From NCBI GenBank assembly GCA_963745235.1, contig CAVUXE010000029.1, positions 32,001 through 96,000 on the forward strand: DNA of 64,000 nucleotides. The letters run 5' to 3'. Shown here piece by piece: positions 1 to 10,311 of the stretch (position 1 is the first letter of the stretch; every line of letters begins with the position of its first letter). Source of the stretch: an uncultured Spirochaetota bacterium. Its GTDB lineage: Bacteria; Spirochaetota; Spirochaetia; SZUA-6; Fen-1364. The notes beneath the pieces were generated by a model. The model ran no database searches. It was given only the letters and a program-made list of their open reading frames with translations, and was not told the origin of the DNA. The position numbers were made by a program, and so were the translations under genes.

Positions 1-963
1 ATATATGTCTTCACGGGCCAGGGTGACCCGCCCATCCGCACCCACGTGCTTGGTGATTTTGAGGATGGTCTGCCCGGAAGGCGGCCCGATGGGAATCAGC
101 ATGATCCCGCCCGGAGCCAGCTCGTGAATGAGTGCAGGAGGAATATGGTCGATGCCGCAGGTGACGATGATCCGGTCGAAGGGCGCGTACTCCTGCCATC
201 CGTAGTACCCGTCTGCGATCCGCCGTTGGATGTTCGCGTACTGCGGCATTTCACTGGTGTGCGAAAGGTAGATTGCATTGGTCTCCTCCGCGAGCGGTTT
301 GACGATCTCGATGGTGTAGACGTAATCCGAGAGCTCGGAGAGGAAAGCAGACTGGTACCCGGAGCCTGTCCCGATCTCCAGGACCCGCTGCCCCGGTCGA
401 GGGTCGAGGCGGTCGGTCATTCGCGCCACGAGATCCGGCCCTGATATGGTCTGTCCGTACCCAATAGGCATCGCCGCGTTCGCATACGCGCGGCGGATGT
501 TGTACGGACGAACGAACCATTCGCGGGGCGTGAGAAGAAAAGCCGCGAGGATGCGTTCGCTGCGGATATGGCCGTGCTCGACCGCGAAGGTCGCGCGCGC
601 CCACCTTTCCCTGAGGAACTTTTCCTGCTGGTCCGGGTAGCGAGCGAGCATCCACTGGACATAGGCATTCTCGCTCGTAAGCGGCGGAGACTCTGTCCGC
701 TTCGTGATATCGTAGGCGGGCAGACTGTTGCGCGCCGGCGCAGGCGTAAGGTCGATGGCCCTGGAGTCGCTCGGCAGATCCGGGGCCGTCCTGAGAAGGA
801 CAGAGGGCGGTTCGTTCAGCACGCTTCGCATCCCCTCCGCTTGCGACGGAGATGCGAATGCGAGAAGGGCCGCGGTTGCAAGGATGCTGGAAGCCGCTCC
901 GAGTTGCGCGCCGCGACGCCCCTCGCGACGGCGCGGGCGGATACCCAAGAATGCTGCAATCAT
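1..963 (-). CDS. pcm: Protein-L-isoaspartate O-methyltransferase with N-terminal extension (runs off the left edge)
   Basis: Manual translation of the minus strand from ATG 963, absent from the ORF track because there is no stop in the window. It reads ...AMPIGYGQTISGPDLVARMT...RVLEIGTGSGYQSAFL...DGYYGWQEYAPFDRIIVT...LAPGGIMLIPIG, which are PIMT motifs. The plus-strand ORF 46..444 is its antisense shadow. Confidence 0.9.
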   Translation of the reverse strand, partial: MIAAFLGIRPRRREGRRGAQLGAASSILATAALLAFASPSQAEGMRSVLNEPPSVLLRTAPDLPSDSRAIDLTPAPARNSLPAYDITKRTESPPLTSENAYVQWMLARYPDQQEKFLRERWARATFAVEHGHIRSERILAAFLLTPREWFVRPYNIRRAYANAAMPIGYGQTISGPDLVARMTDRLDPRPGQRVLEIGTGSGYQSAFLSELSDYVYTIEIVKPLAEETNAIYLSHTSEMPQYANIQRRIADGYYGWQEYAPFDRIIVTCGIDHIPPALIHELAPGGIMLIPIGPPSGQTILKITKHVGADGRVTLAREDIY

Positions 964-982
964 GTTCTCGCCTTTCCACATT

Positions 983-2239
983 TCATCTTCCCCAGGGAAA
1001 ACCTATTGCTCCAAGATGAAGCTCAGGTGAAGGGGAGGTATAAGTGCCGCGGCATCCATTGCGCGTGCTCCTCGTTTCTCGGGTCCCGTGTCGGGCTGCG
1101 TCGATATGCATGCCGTTCTGAAGCGACTGCACGTCGGAATCCGCCACTGTCTGCCCGATGGCAAGACCTGACAGCACTTGCACATCGGTATTGTTGCTCA
1201 TTCCGAGGCTCACCGCCCTCTTGTGAACTTCTTCGCCTTTGATCACAAAAACGAAAGGCTGGCCGTGCTCCTCAGTATCAACCGCTGACAGCGGCACAAT
1301 GACGCTCTGCGCGCCCCTGAGGGTGACCGCGGCTTTCGCCGTCATCCCCGCAAACAGCCTCCCGTCGTTCGCAAGGCTCACGACGACAGGGAAATACTGA
1401 CCGGTAGCCGCCGCAACGGGGCCCACCTGCTCGATCCTGCCGGAATACTGCCGGCCAGGGAACGCGTCAACGGAGATGCTGACGGGATCCCCGAGGGAAA
1501 GATGGGCGATATCCTCCTGCCAGAGATTGCCCTCCAGCTTGAGCCGGGCAGTGTCGACGATGGTCATCAGCGGCGTGGTGAGCGTTGTGAGCTCACCGGG
1601 ATTGATGCTCCTGGTGGCAACAATGCCGTTCAGCGGGCTGATGATGGCGCTGTTGGAAATCAGCACCTTGATGGCATTGATTTGCGCTTCGGCTTGAGCC
1701 ACGCCCGAACCGCTGACGGTCTTGTACTGTTGGCTGGCGTTGTCGATTGCCTCTTTTGCGAGGTCCAGCTTGGTCTGAGCGTCATCGAGCCGGCTTTTCG
1801 TGATGATCTCGTTCTCCAGCAGCGTTTTTGTCCGATTGTAGGCCCGTTCCGCAAGAGCCAGGGTCAACCGCGCCGTCTCGACGCCGATCTTTGCCTGAGC
1901 TGCCTGATCTACGGCGCCCTGAAGCCTTGCTTCGGCTTCTTTCAGTTGTGCGTCGAGCTCCCGAGTGTCGATCTTGACGAGCAATTGACCCTTCTTGACT
2001 CGATCCCCCACATCGGCCCCGACAAAAGTAGCCTGGCCGGAAACCTGGGCGGAGATGTTGACCGTCCGGTTGGGCACGAAAACGCCTGAGAACTGCACGT
2101 TCTTTACGATCATGCCCTCAGCCGGGTCCACGGCCTTGACCGTTGGGCGCCACGGCGCGTCAGCCTGACAGGCGGCGAGCATCGAGGAAAGTGCAGCAAC
2201 ACCGAGAAAAAGGAGGAATGCGGGGAGTCGATCCTTCAT
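983..2239 (-). CDS. Efflux RND transporter periplasmic adaptor (MFP) subunit, lipoprotein
   Basis: Lipobox-like LAAC, lipoyl half-motif (ADVGDRVKKGQLLVKID), coiled coil, IISPLNGIV, GMTAKA and VLSGLAIGQTV. Start taken at MKDRL. Confidence 0.88.
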   Translation of the reverse strand: MKDRLPAFLLFLGVAALSSMLAACQADAPWRPTVKAVDPAEGMIVKNVQFSGVFVPNRTVNISAQVSGQATFVGADVGDRVKKGQLLVKIDTRELDAQLKEAEARLQGAVDQAAQAKIGVETARLTLALAERAYNRTKTLLENEIITKSRLDDAQTKLDLAKEAIDNASQQYKTVSGSGVAQAEAQINAIKVLISNSAIISPLNGIVATRSINPGELTTLTTPLMTIVDTARLKLEGNLWQEDIAHLSLGDPVSISVDAFPGRQYSGRIEQVGPVAAATGQYFPVVVSLANDGRLFAGMTAKAAVTLRGAQSVIVPLSAVDTEEHGQPFVFVIKGEEVHKRAVSLGMSNNTDVQVLSGLAIGQTVADSDVQSLQNGMHIDAARHGTRETRSTRNGCRGTYTSPSPELHLGAIGFPWGR

Positions 2240-2253
2240 TCGGGACCTGGCGG

Positions 2254-2655
2254 TCACTGACGCGCGTCCTGTCGGGCGGCGCCGCCCATCGGGAGAAACG
2301 GCCACGACACCTGATCAGTGCCTCGCCTGAAGGAATGGGCGGATGACCCCGGAAAGAGCGGGGCGCCCGGCGCCTGTCGTGGCCGAACGGGGGCCCACCT
2401 TTCACCGGCCGGAGCAAAGACGGGTCTATCTTCGGAAGGACCGGGAACCCAGCACCGTGCCCCGGAGAGAAAAGCCAACCGCCCAGGGTGGAAGGGGGCG
2501 AAGAGATAGCTCAAACGGCCGACGAGCGTTGGCGGGTTGGCCCACGCCGACTCGTCATACGAAGTCCACGTGGCGCACCCGGCAAGGAACGCCGCGGCGA
2601 AGTGCCCCAGCGTAACGCCGAGCAGACAGCGCGGGAGAGTTCTTCGAGTGTTCAT
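2254..2655 (-). CDS. Hypothetical lipoprotein (C-terminus possibly frameshifted)
   Basis: MNTRRTLPRCLLGVTLGHFAAAFLAGC resembles a lipoprotein signal, with an AAAGGAGA RBS upstream. Co-oriented with the MFP gene. Confidence 0.4.
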   Translation of the reverse strand: MNTRRTLPRCLLGVTLGHFAAAFLAGCATWTSYDESAWANPPTLVGRLSYLFAPFHPGRLAFLSGARCWVPGPSEDRPVFAPAGERWAPVRPRQAPGAPLFPGSSAHSFRRGTDQVSWPFLPMGGAARQDARQ

Positions 2656-2776
2656 ATTCTTCTCTCCTTTCAAGATGCTCGGAAGAGATTGCTGGCAGGT
2701 TACCGGCAGTTTAAATCTTCTTAACGCGGCTCGCGGCACGCCTCGAAAACCTCGACGGCACGTCAGCCCAATCAGA

Positions 2777-2791
2777 GCCAAAGCAGTGCCA
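2777..2791 (-). promoter_or_regulatory. Possible sigma-54 promoter (-24/-12) for the lipoprotein-MFP-pcm unit
   Basis: Minus strand TGGCAC-TGCTT-TGGC keeps the GG-N10-GC spacing, with one mismatch to TTGC. Confidence 0.25.
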
Positions 2792-2865
2792 ATCACGAAA
2801 ATCGAAGCGTCCGCTCGAGCGCGGCGTGTCTCATGTCATCAAATTCATTTCCTCACGGAGGTGTT

Positions 2866-3300
2866 TCATGTCGAAGGGTGGAAGCGGCAAAACGATCCCG
2901 AACTCTGGAAGACCACGACGGCTGCGGTGCGCACGGGCTTGCCGGGCGGCCTTTGTGGTGAAGTCGCGCACCAACGCGTAGATGAGCCGGCTGATTTCGC
3001 CGTGAAGCCTTTTGTCATGGCGGAAGAACAGGCGCAGGGCCTTGGGCAGGGTGAAGACGAACGAAGACGCTGCAACTGAAAGGCCGGAAGTACTCCAATC
3101 CGCAGTCGGGGTTCATGCACTGAATCCTGCCAATACCCTGCGGTAGTCACCGCAGCCCAGAAAGCGCTCCACTGCCTTGTTGATCCGCTTCAGTCGGAAC
3201 CTTCCGAGTCGCGTGGCGAACTCTGCCTCGTAGCAGCGACGAGCGCCATTCGGTCGGCCACAAGGGAAAACCGCTCAAAAGAGCGTGACCCATTTCTCAC
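2866..3300 (-). pseudogene. IS91-family-like (HUH/Y2) transposase remnant, N-terminal zinc-binding region
   Basis: Stitched minus frames give YEAEFATRLGRFRLKRINKAVERFLGCGDY / IGRIQCMNPDCGLEYFRPFSC / FVFTLPKALRLFFRHDKRL / KPVRTAAVVVFQSSGSFCRFHP. It is frameshifted, internally deleted and truncated. Confidence 0.75.
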
Positions 3301-3307
3301 GCTGCTG

Positions 3308-3332
3308 TCAGCATCACCAATGGGTGCAACCT
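3308..3332 (+). repeat. Direct repeat copy 1 (TCAGCATCACCAATGGGTGCAACCT)
   Basis: Matches 17911..17936 apart from one extra A in copy 2. Confidence 0.8.
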
Positions 3333-3477
3333 TCATCTTGAGGGTTGAAAGGTTCTCCTCGTTCTTTCTTTGCCGCCCCCCTTGGGTCCACTCTTACGGC
3401 TCTAAGAGGCACTAGCGGCGGCCGCAAGATTGAGTCCGACCTCATTATCTGGTATGATCTCATGAGAGACCGTCAAG

Positions 3478-5009
3478 ATGATCATTGCCTACGACCTTGG
3501 CACAGGCGGCGTAAAGGCTTCACTCTACTCCACGGACGGTAGTTGCAGGGCCAGCGCATTCGAGGCCTACCAGACCATCTATCCGAACGCGGGCTGGCAC
3601 GAGCAGCGCCCCGGGGATTGGTGGAAGGCCGTCGTTTCTGCAACGCGCACACTTATTGATGCGAAAACAGAGACTGCAGCGGACATCGACTGCCTTGCGA
3701 TCTCCGGCCAGAGTCTCGCCGTAATCCCCTTGGATTTGGATGGCACGCTTTTGCGCCCGTCCATTCCGATATGGTCCGATATGAGGGCGTCCCGACAGAC
3801 CGCGGAGTTCTTTCAGAAGGTTGACCGGGATCGATGGTATATGACGACCGGCAACGGTTTCCCCGCCGAGTGCTATTCCGTGTTCAAGATAATGTGGTAC
3901 CGCGACAATGAGCCCGAGCTCTTCTCTCGCACCGCCACGGTGCTCGGCTCGAAGGACTATATCAACTACCGCCTTACCGGGGGATTTTTCACGGATTATT
4001 CATATGCATCGGGCACGGGGATCTACGACCTCATGCGGTGGCGATACTCAGAGGAGTTCATCCAGGCCAGCAGCCTGCCTCGATCGCTCTTTCCGCCCAT
4101 TGTGCCGTCGACGCAGATCATCGGAACGCTCACGGCGAAAGCGGCGGAGCATTTGGGCCTTACCTCCCGGGTGAAAGTGGCCTGCGGCGGCGTGGACAAT
4201 TCCTGCATGGCCTTGGGCGCGGGCAACACGGGCGAGGGGAAAATCTACACTTCGCTCGGATCCTCTTCATGGATCGCCGTTTCCTCTTCAAAGCCGGTCC
4301 TGGATCCTCATGTGAAGCCCTACGTGTTTACTCATGTCATCCCCGGGTTGTTTACCTCCGCGGTGGCCATCTTCGCGGCAGGAAGCTCCTTTCGCTGGAT
4401 CCGCGACACGGTAATGGGCGGCGAGCAGCTTCCAGGAGAGAATGGCCTGCCTCGTGATGCATACGAGGTGATGAACGAGCTGGCTGCGGCATCACCCATC
4501 GGCTCACACAAGCTCCTGTTCAACCCCAGCCTGGCCGGCGGGAGCTCACTGGAGCCCAGCCCTTACATCCGCGGCGCGTTTGCCGGGATCGACCTTCGCC
4601 ACACGCGCGGAGATATCATCCGGGCCGGCATGGAAGGGATTGCAATGAACCTCGGGGCGGTTCTCCAAGTGCTGCGGCGGTTCGTGCCACCCCAGCCGCA
4701 GATGCTCATGGTCGGAGGCGGGAGCAGGAGCCCTGTGTGGCGGCAGATCTTTGCGGATATCTACTGTATGGAGTGCGTGAAAACGAATGTCGACCAAGAG
4801 GCGGGATCCCTGGGCGCCGCCGCCGTGGCCGCCGTGGGTCCGGCTTGTGGAAGAGCTTCGACACGGTTGATCGGGTCCACAAGGTGCAGGACGTGAGCAA
4901 ACCCATTCCTGGCAACGTGGAAAAATACCGAAGACTCATCCCGGCCTTCGAAATGGTTCGACGGTACCAGGCCGAGTTGGGCGAGTTGTTGCACGCCACG
5001 GATGTCTGA
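3478..5009 (+). CDS. FGGY-family carbohydrate kinase (xylulokinase-like), one frameshift near 4840
   Basis: AYDLGTGGVK, ISGQS, WSDMRA, CGGVDNSC, SLGSSSWI and VGGGSRS motifs. The C-terminus continues in ORF 4737..5009. Confidence 0.9.
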
Positions 5010-5031
5010 CAGACCGCGGACTTTGGGTCAG

Positions 5032-6521
5032 GGGAGCGCTTCAATAAGTAGGTAGTCTCACGCTGCCCGGTCCAAGGTCGCCAGGAAATCCTGGAGAAGA
5101 CGACCGCTGGCGATTGAGCAACGGATCTGCAGCATCCCATTGGCCCCGGCTTCCGACCAGCTCATGCCTCCTTGCTTCATACGGCCGCCGACGACATTCT
5201 TGCAGGCGCTCTCGATGGTGCCACTGCCAATCGGCAGTCGGCGGACGCGGTAGCGATCATAGTGCATACGGTCTTTGTTATCTGTGAAGTAGTTGATCTC
5301 ACCCTGGATGCAGTCACGATGTGCTCGATACTTCGCTGTGTCGCGAATCTGGCGCAACTCTTGAAGGAACTTCCGGACCCTGCCAGCGAACAGAGTCGCC
5401 TTCCATCGTTTGAAATGTTTCCAGTACTCAGGGGTCTGTTCACCATAGAGTTGCTTGCACAGCCCTGAGACGTGTTCACAGGCGTGGTAGAAGTCCAGAA
5501 TGAAGGTGTTGGTCGGGGGAGCGGTATAAAACAAAACGATCCCAAATCCACTTCGCTCCATCAGCGAGGAATACCAGGCGCTGGTTCTTCAAATCCTGTG
5601 CTCGCCGTTGCATTTCTACGGTCAAACGGCGCAGGAACAGGTCCGCGTGTTCGATGCCGCTGACGTAGCTGCTGGTGGCGCAGAATGCTTCCTGGTGCTT
5701 CTCATCCCAATCTACCGCCGAAACAGCTCCTATCTTCACATCGCGCCAGATGCTCGGGTAACTCTTTTTGCCATCAGCGATTCTTTCTTCCTCCCCTCGT
5801 TCGCGAAGCTTCGTTGCATCCACCGACACCGCCATCACTCCCGCGATCGGATACTCCTTGTCCAGCGGCTCTTCTCATTCTCGAATACCTGGGTGACCTC
5901 CTGTTGGCGTAGCCCTTGCAGACGCTCTCCCAACTCCGCGTCCATGTCGAGGACTTCCTCATCGAAATCAACTCCGTGCCGTCGGGGCGAAAGATTTCGT
6001 GAAATCTCTGCAAGCTTTTTTAATACGCCTCGCCCGGAGAAAGAGGACAGAAAGTATTAACAACGGGGGTATGATTCTTCTGGATTCCCAACTTCGCATC
6101 CAAGAGGAAAATGGCCTCCGCCTCCCTGCTCCTCGTTAAAGTAGTACGCCCGCTTGTAGTCGATCATCCCGAATAGCCCGTGCAGACTGGTGCTGCGGTA
6201 TCCGATGAATCTGTACTTTCTTTACTCCTTGCGCACGACGGCTCCCTCATAGCCTTTGCCGACGTCTTGGAAAACTTTGCCCATCGCTTGGCGGCCAAGT
6301 TTCATGAGGAACTCCAGCATGTTGCGTTCGGTCAGAAACAGATCGCCGCTGTCGGTATTCTTCAGCCCATAGGCGGCCTTGAAGTTTTCCACAATCTGCG
6401 CTACCAGTGAATCCATCGCCTTTCCCTCCCAGCTATAGGAATCTTTTGGTAGTGGTAGTTTACCACGCGCTGGGAGGGCTTTTTACTAGCCCCCAACCAC
6501 CAACTTGGCCAATGCGCACCC
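5032..6521 (-). mobile_element. ISKra4/ISLre2-like (Mutator-type DDE) insertion sequence, ~1.49 kb
   Basis: Imperfect terminal IRs GGGAGCGCTTCAATAAGTAGGTAGT and (reverse complement) GGGTGCGCATTGGCCAAGTTGGTGGT. A 9-bp TSD TTGGGTCAG lies at 5023..5031 and 6522..6530. Confidence 0.85.
5058..6416 (-). pseudogene. ISKra4/ISLre2 (UPF0236-type) transposase, fragmented
   Basis: Fragments carry VSVDATK, FLADGAKWIW, ILDFYHACEH and LPIGSGTIESACKNVVGGRMKQGGMSWS. There is an in-frame stop near 6222 plus frameshifts. Confidence 0.85.
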
Positions 6522-6671
6522 TTGGGTCAGCAATCACTTGACAATTCCCTTCTCTGGTTCCATTACTAGGGCGCGGTTCTGCCATAATCTATCTCCTCTT
6601 CCACTCCGGCCCTGTGTCGTTGCTCTCGAGGCGCACGTATGTCGGACCCGCTCTACGACCCCAAGAGATTG

Positions 6672-7674
6672 ATGAAAACCCGACTCCTCGGACGAACAGG
6701 GCTGATGGTCGCGAGTTGTCTCTGGGCGCTGCCTTTGTCACAACGGGGGAAGCTGGTTTCCGCGGTGCGACGCCTCTCATCCGCGAAGCTTTGGACTTGG
6801 GCCTGAGCCTGGTCGACACGTCCGCTGACTACGGCGACAGCGAAGCCGCGGTGGGTGAAGCTCTCAGGAATGAGGCACGGCCGGTCATTATATCCACGAA
6901 GATAGGGCCCAGATCCCGCGGTTTCAACCCGAAGGACAAGAAGCAGCTTCGAAAGACTTTTGATGAGAGCTTGCGACTGCTCCGCCGCGATTCCGTGGAC
7001 ATCCTGATGATCCACGAGCCGTCCAGAGCCGGCCAGATCGACTGGTCGGACGACCATCGCACCTATGACGGCCCAATCGTGAAAGTCCTCAGCGAGCTGA
7101 AAGAAGAAGGGAAGATCGGGTACACCGGACTCGGCGGAACCACCGCCTATGAAATGGTGCCGATCGTTGCAACGGGTTTCTACGATGTGCTCCTGACCGC
7201 CTTCAACTACAGCATTCTCTGGAGAGAAGCGGCAATGGAGCTGCTGCCCGAGGCCAGGCGCCAGAACATGGGGATTCTACTGGCATCTCCCACCCAGCAG
7301 GGGTGGCTTGCCAAGAGGTACGATGCACAGGTCGAGCCAGGCCAACTCCCGCTGGCTGAACAAACCGCGGCGCGAGCAGCTGAAGAAGCTCTATGCATTC
7401 GTCAACCAGACCGGGATCCCCCTCCCCGAGCTCACGCTTCGCCGGGCGCTCATGAACCCCGATGCCTCGACAGTCCTCACGGGGCCCAGGAATCTTGACC
7501 AACTGCGCCAGAACGCGCAGGCCGCGGAGGCAGGGCCCCTTTCGAAGAGTATCATGGACCGCCTCGATGAAATTGCCTCGATGGTGCCTTTCCGTCCGTT
7601 CGAGGAGCCTTTCGGGTGTCCCTTCCTAGGAAAATCCGGACCTGGTGAAAAGGCCAGGGCGCGCCTTTCGCTAG
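6672..7674 (+). CDS. Aldo/keto reductase (frameshifted; end approximate)
   Basis: MKTRLLGRTGL start at 6672, then DTSADYGDSE, ISTKIG, SLRLLRRDSVDILMIHEP and STVLTGPRNLDQL. Confidence 0.85.
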
Positions 7675-7683
7675 AGGAGAGCT

Positions 7684-8477
7684 ATGAATCCAAAGAGAGT
7701 TGCCATTGTAACGGGAAGAGGGCCCGGGGAATCGGCTTTGGCATCTGCAAAGCCCTGCTCCGCAGGAACACCGCAGTGGCGGCCGTCTACCGTCAGAACC
7801 CGGCCGCAGCCCGTCGGCCGAGGGCGAAATGGCCGCGGCAGGTAAGGAGTACTTCACCTTCAAGGCCGACGTGTCCTACTTCGCGGAAGCGACGCGCGTC
7901 GTCGAGGAAGTGACGAAGAAATGGGGTCGAACGGACATTCTCGTCAACAACGCTGGCATTTTCCAGGTTCTTTTCTGGAAGAAATGGATGAAAAATTACT
8001 GGACGCGCTCTACAGCGCGAACTTCAAAACCGCCTTCTCCATGATCAAGGCCGCTCTTCCGTGGCTCAAGAAGAGCGGGGAAGGCCACATCGTCAACGCG
8101 ACTGGAACTCGGGACGGCTCGCGGATATCGGGCTGATTGCCTACGGGTGCTCCAAGGCAAGCATCGACATGCTCACACGGATAGCCGCCGCGGAGCTCGC
8201 CCCCCATGGAATCACCGTCGATGCGTACCGACCGGCATCATCACCACCGAGATGACACGGGAGATGATCGAGACGCGGGGCAGTGAGCAGAGGAAGCAGA
8301 TTCCTCGCGGCCAGTTTGGAGTGCCCGAAGACGTGGCGGAGCTGGTGGGTGCCGCGGTTCCAGCGAGGGCCAGGCTATATCACAGGAGAAGTGATCGGCG
8401 TTGACGGCGGGATGCTCAAGGTACAGAACCCAGGCAGGGCCTGGGATTTCGCGAAATCCACGGCAAAGGAGAAATGA
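7684..8477 (+). CDS. SDR family oxidoreductase (FabG-like), several frameshifts
   Basis: MNPKRVAIVTG..RGIG, ILVNNAGIF, YGCSK (YxxxK), ELAPHGITV and YITGEVIGVDGG spread across frames. Confidence 0.8.
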
Positions 8478-9290
8478 CAATGGCAGATCATGTATTGGAG
8501 TCGAGACCGATCCTGGAGCGCTTCTCACTTCCCCAGTCGCGCCCCGGCCCTGGTGGCGGCGGCGGGGCAGGGAATCGGCAGGGGGTTCGCGCACGCCCTG
8601 GGGGACGCCGGAGCCGCGGTGGCGGTGGTCGACATGCAGGCCGAGTGCGCCCAGAGGACCGTGAAGGAGCTGCAGGCGAAGTCCATCGAGTCATTGGCCA
8701 TCGTTGCAGATGTCACGAAGAAGGCGGACGTAATGCGCGTGATCGCCGAAGTCGTCGAGAAATGGGGAGCTCTCACCATTGCCGTCAATAATGCCGGGGT
8801 GAGCGCGTGGGTCGACTCAGAGCTGATGACGGATCAGGCATGGCGCTCTCTGATGGCGCTCAACCTCGACGGGGTGTTCTCCTGCGCACAGGAAGAAGCA
8901 AAGGCGATGTTCAAGAGCGGATACGGGAAAATCATCAACACGGCTTCGATGTCCGGGCACATCATCAACACCCCGCAGAAGCAGAGCGCCTACAATATTT
9001 CCAAGGCCGGCGTTCTGCACATGACGCGCAGTCTCGCGGCCGAGTGGGCGCCCCGCGGAGTCCGAGTAAACAGCATCAGCCCGGGCTATACCGTGACCCC
9101 TCTCGTAGAAAAACTGCTCGAGACGCCCGAAGGGAAGGCCATTGTCCCGGAATGGCTGAAACGGGTTCCCGCCGGGCGGATGGCGGACGTCACCGACCTT
9201 CAGGGCGCCGTCGTCTTCCTTTCCAGCGAAGTTTCTGATTACATGACGGGAGGCGACATTCTCATAGACGGGGGATACTGCGCCTGGTGA
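8474..9290 (+). CDS. SDR polyol/ketose oxidoreductase (sorbose/xylulose reductase-like), frameshift near 8540
   Basis: [35 protein letters not shown] and [10 protein letters not shown]. Confidence 0.85.
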
Positions 9291-9328
9291 TCGCCGGAAA
9301 CAAGAATGAAACGTCGAGGAGGAGTACG

Positions 9329-10294
9329 ATGGGCCTGAGAAGCGCAGGAGGAGGTCCGATCAGGACGTTTTTTGCTCGATCGGAGATCAGTGTCCTCATC
9401 GGGCTGGTGGCGCTCGGCATTGTGATGACGTTCGCCAGCCCCTATTTCATGACATTTCGAAATATCGTCAACGTGCTGAGACAGTTCTCGTTGATTGCGA
9501 TCCTGGCGGTCGGCGAAGGCCTCATCATCATCACCGCGGGAATCGACCTTTCGGTCGGCTCCCTGGTCGGTCTGACCGCGTGCTTCGGCGCACTCGCCGC
9601 CAAGTCGGGCGCTTCTCCCGGGGTGACTCTCCTCGCGATCCTTGGCCTCGGCGCTGCGGCAGGCATGACGAACGGCCTGCTCGTGACGAAGATACGCATT
9701 CCGCCGTTCATCGCCACTCTCGGCATGATGAGCATTGCTCGCGGGTTCTCACTGCTGATGACCCTCGGCACGCCCATTCACTATGGAAACACGTGGATTT
9801 CAGTGGTCGGCGGCGGGCACATCGGGTTGGTTCCGGTTTCTGTCATCGTGATGCTCCTGATCGTCGCCGGCGGCTACGTGTTTGCCAACAATACGACAAT
9901 TGGACGAAACGTGTATGCGGTTGGGAACAACGAAAAGGCGGCCACTCTTTCGGGCATTCGCGTGGACAGGGTCAAGATCATGGTGTTCACTCTCACGGGG
10001 GTGCTCGCGGGCATCTGCGGACTGATCCTCATGGGTCAGCTTGAGGGTTCGGATCCGTTCTATGGCAACGGCTACGAGCTGGACGTTATCGCCGCCGCGG
10101 TCATCGGCGGGATCAGCCTTGCCGGCGGCGAAGGGAACCTCCTCGGCGTGATCGTGGGCGCCGGCTTGATGGGAGTTCTCAAGAACGCTTTTGTGCTCCT
10201 GGCGGTGCCCGGGTACTGGCAGACGGTAACCGTCGGCGTCGTCATTATCGGCGCGGTATCCATCGATAGCCTGAGGACGCGTAGGACGGCCTGA
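9329..10294 (+). CDS. Sugar ABC transporter permease (RbsC-like, CUT2)
   Basis: GIDLSVGS, IPPFIATLG, GRNVYAVGNNEKAATLSGI and YELDVIAAAVIGG. Confidence 0.95.
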   Translation: MGLRSAGGGPIRTFFARSEISVLIGLVALGIVMTFASPYFMTFRNIVNVLRQFSLIAILAVGEGLIIITAGIDLSVGSLVGLTACFGALAAKSGASPGVTLLAILGLGAAAGMTNGLLVTKIRIPPFIATLGMMSIARGFSLLMTLGTPIHYGNTWISVVGGGHIGLVPVSVIVMLLIVAGGYVFANNTTIGRNVYAVGNNEKAATLSGIRVDRVKIMVFTLTGVLAGICGLILMGQLEGSDPFYGNGYELDVIAAAVIGGISLAGGEGNLLGVIVGAGLMGVLKNAFVLLAVPGYWQTVTVGVVIIGAVSIDSLRTRRTA

Positions 10295-10311
10295 GCTCGG
10301 AGGGAAGGGGA

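Noticed and set aside
251-979. 242-aa minus ORF in the track
   Set aside because: Wrong frame. The real pcm frame runs off the window edge.
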